NCBI RefSeq assembly: GCF_006345805.1
Contig: NW_021827706.1
Location: 1-12,058, forward strand
Length of the DNA: 12,058 nt
Source of the DNA: Octopus sinensis
Taxonomy: Eukaryota
Reading direction: 5' to 3'
This document shows, piece by piece, positions 9,444 to 12,058 of this stretch. A program made the translations under genes and the position numbers. Each line of letters opens with the position of its first letter. The stretch's first letter is position 1. The notes beneath the pieces were generated by a model. It had not been told where the DNA came from. It did not search any database and worked only from the letters and a program-made list of their open reading frames with translations.

Positions 9444-9629
9444 TAGGAGAAGAATTCTCAAAAAAAAAAGACGAAGACAGGTAGTGTAGACAACAAACAG
9501 ATGTATTAGTATAACGCTCGGGAATTGAAAAAGTCTTCAACGTTTCGAGCCTACGCTCTTCCACAAAAAGGAACACAGAAAGAAACAAGGAGAGAAAATA
9601 AAGAATGTGTAGTGGCTAGCAATCTATCA
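9444..9629 (-). mobile_element. Short microsatellite-embedded element with a degenerate hammerhead (Penelope-like terminal-repeat relic?)
   Basis: ~185-bp block between (TA)n and (CA)n tracts containing CTTT TTGTGGA A GAGC gtag GCTC GAAA CG TT GAAG (9570-9535). Confidence 0.5.
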
Positions 9630-9630
9630 T

Positions 9631-9680
<50 letters not shown>

Positions 9681-9738
9681 ATATATATATGTATGTATAT
9701 ATATATATATATATTATATATATACATACATACACACA

Positions 9739-9772
<34 letters not shown>

Positions 9773-9800
9773 ATATATATATATATAATATATATATATA
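9630..9800. repeat. (CA)n/(TA)n/(CATA)n microsatellite
   Basis: Directly visible. Confidence 0.9.
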
Positions 9801-9870
9801 ATTATCATGAGGCTAGCTAGCCTTTATGATTGTACCTATTTTAGAAAAAACATCATCATCATCATCGTTT

Positions 9871-9941
9871 CGTTAGCACACCGGACGAAAATGCTAGCGG
9901 CATTTCGTCCGGCTTTAACGTTCTGACGTTCAAAATTCCGC
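9871..9941 (+). mobile_element. Truncated head fragment of a family A SINE
   Basis: CGTTAGCACACCGGACGAAAATGCTAGCGGCATTTCGTCC...GTTCAAAATTCCGC aligns with 1355-1422. Confidence 0.7.
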
Positions 9942-10440
9942 GACATATCGTCAAGCGCTGCGTTGTTGGAGCTGTTTTAATATCATATTTCCGGTACTGA
10001 ATAACATTCAGAGAGACATAGTGTTGGAGTAAACCATAAACCCGATATTCTAATGAAGCACAATTACTAATTAACTTGTCATCGTGTGCTAATTAACTCG
10101 TTGATGTTGCAATATTGGAATGTCTTCCAAAATTTTGGCAACATTCTTTCATAAAAAAAAACATTTGTTCTTTACAAATATTGTTTCACAAATTGTTTAT
10201 TATTTTTTAGTGCGTCTTCCTACTGTTTTCTAATATTTTTCATGCTGTTATTGTTGATTTTGTCATTACTGTTTTTTTTGTTTTTATTCGTTGATGCTGT
10301 TATAGTTTTTGTTATTGTTGTTGTTGTTGTTGTTTTTTAAAATTTCTTTAATGCTGTCGTTATTGTTCGTGTCATTGGAGATTTGTGTTATTCGTGAGGA
10401 CAAAAAAAAGTCGGCAAAAGCAGTTGAAAGGCTCGCTTAA

Positions 10441-10878
10441 TGATGATCATGATGATGGTGGTGGTGGTGGTGGTGGTGGTAGTGGTGGTTTTGGTGGTGG
10501 CGGCGATACGACGACGATGATGATGGTGATGATGATGATGATGATGATGATTGATGATGATGATGATGATGATTGATGATGATGATGATGACAATTATAT
10601 AATGATGATGACTATGAAGAAAACAATTACGATGACGACTATGATCATGCTGATGACGACAATGATGATGACAATAACGACGGCAATGATAATGATGATG
10701 ATGATGATGTTGACGACGATGACGACGGCGACAACGACGTCGACGACGATGATGACGATAATTATGATGATAACGACGATGACGTCGATGACGACCATGA
10801 TGATGATGATGACGGCAATGATGATGATGACAATGATGGCAGTGATGATGATGATGATGATGGCGATGACGACAATAA
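10441..10878. repeat. Long compound (GAT)/(GAC)/(GGT) trinucleotide repeat
   Basis: Directly visible; explains ORFs 10385..10576, 10388..10594, 10551..11003 and 10595..10894. Confidence 0.92.
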
Positions 10879-11603
10879 TCGAACCATCAATCATTTTATT
10901 TGTATCAGTTCTATATGCGCCCCCTATGTTCTACTTACTTTTCCTTCGTCAGTTTGTCCTTTCAATCGTCTCTTTTATCATTTTACTTTTCCCATTTCAA
11001 TAGCAGAACATTTGGCCGTCTTTGTTTACTTTCCATGCCATCCACATTATCACCAATTGATGGATTTGTATTAGCAGGATGGTCTTTTCTCGGCTTCCTG
11101 GTCGTTAGCACTTGGCACTGAGGGCAGGGCAAGATTTTCCGCCATCCTCCTAACTGCAGTCAACGATGCTCAGGAAACAGCAACCCCTGAGATCAGATAT
11201 TGTTTTGCTGCTGGCTCTACTGTTCTCCAATTTTTTTCCTACCCACTACTGTCTTTCCATCTCCTAGGAGTAGAAACCCCTAAACACTTGGCTTTTACTT
11301 CCACGCATATAACATTTAAGCTTTCTGCCCTTTATCAACAGATTCATCACTTTTCCTTCTGCACCCACAAATGCACAGAATCAAAAGTGACCTGTCGTTT
11401 TGGGGAATCCTTAGTATGTTCACTAGTGCCGTTGCAACAACACCAGTTACTGCAGCCCCTGTAGTCTGTGGCCCGTACATTGTAACATGAGTTTGGTGAT
11501 TGTTGTGTGGAAACCGCTTCGTTCTGCCCATTGGCTAGGGTACTCTTAAAAAATTTTCTTGATGGAAATTGAAATCTTCTTCTTTCACAAAACAGAACTT
11601 GGA

Positions 11604-11661
11604 GTAAGCAAATAGGAAATAACAGTTGCTACCAAAGGACAAAAGTCGTGTTACACAGAGT
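11604..11661 (+). repeat. 58-bp dispersed direct repeat, copy 2
   Basis: 51/58 identical to 3527-3584. Confidence 0.8.
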
Positions 11662-11796
11662 CAACAGCACACTACAAACAACTCACACACGCTCAACATC
11701 TGTGGGTTTCAAACCTTTTCTTTTATCTATCAACAGTTTTCTTTTCCTGATATTCGCTCGAGGTCTTCTTGCTGCGATTCAACAAATTTAAATACC

Positions 11797-12016
11797 TATT
11801 TCTTTATTACCCACAAGGGGCTAAACATAGAGGGGACAAACAAGGACAGACATAGATATTAAGTCGATTACATCGACTTCAGTGCGTAACTGGTACTTAA
11901 TTTATCGACCCCGAAAGGATGAAAGGCAAAGTCGACCTCGGCGGAATTTAAGGTCGACTTTGCCTTTCATCCTTTCGGAGTCGATAAATTAAGTACCAAT
12001 TACGCACTGGAGTCGA
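11797..12016 (-). mobile_element. 5'-truncated family A SINE with a fold-back inverted duplication
   Basis: Minus-strand body 11797-11950 followed at once by a plus-strand partial copy 11951-12016; AAATACC occurs on both flanks (11790-11796, 12016-12022). Confidence 0.88.
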
Positions 12017-12058
12017 AATACCCCACATGAAAAATATTGCTGCCGTCATGATGATAGT

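Overview
AT-rich, microsatellite-laden eukaryotic DNA (intron or intergenic) with no supportable intact protein-coding gene. The SINE families look, from recalled sequence, like those of octopus/cephalopod genomes (inference). The most interesting element is on the minus strand at ~9144-9391: a tRNA-derived Pol III promoter head joined through an (AAC)n spacer to a minimal type I hammerhead ribozyme, i.e. a candidate ribozyme-bearing SINE/retrozyme. A second, degenerate hammerhead of the same architecture lies ~300 bp away (9535-9570). The window also contains: a SINE with one head and three tandem 184-bp bodies inside a 17-bp target-site duplication (TSD); a ~2.0/2.3-kb tandem duplication apparently made by unequal crossover between two SINEs, leaving a chimeric SINE; a 66-bp SINE fold-back hairpin; and degraded non-LTR retrotransposon relics (HERO-like, possibly R4-like). 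Nearly all ORFs in the supplied track come from microsatellites or SINEs.
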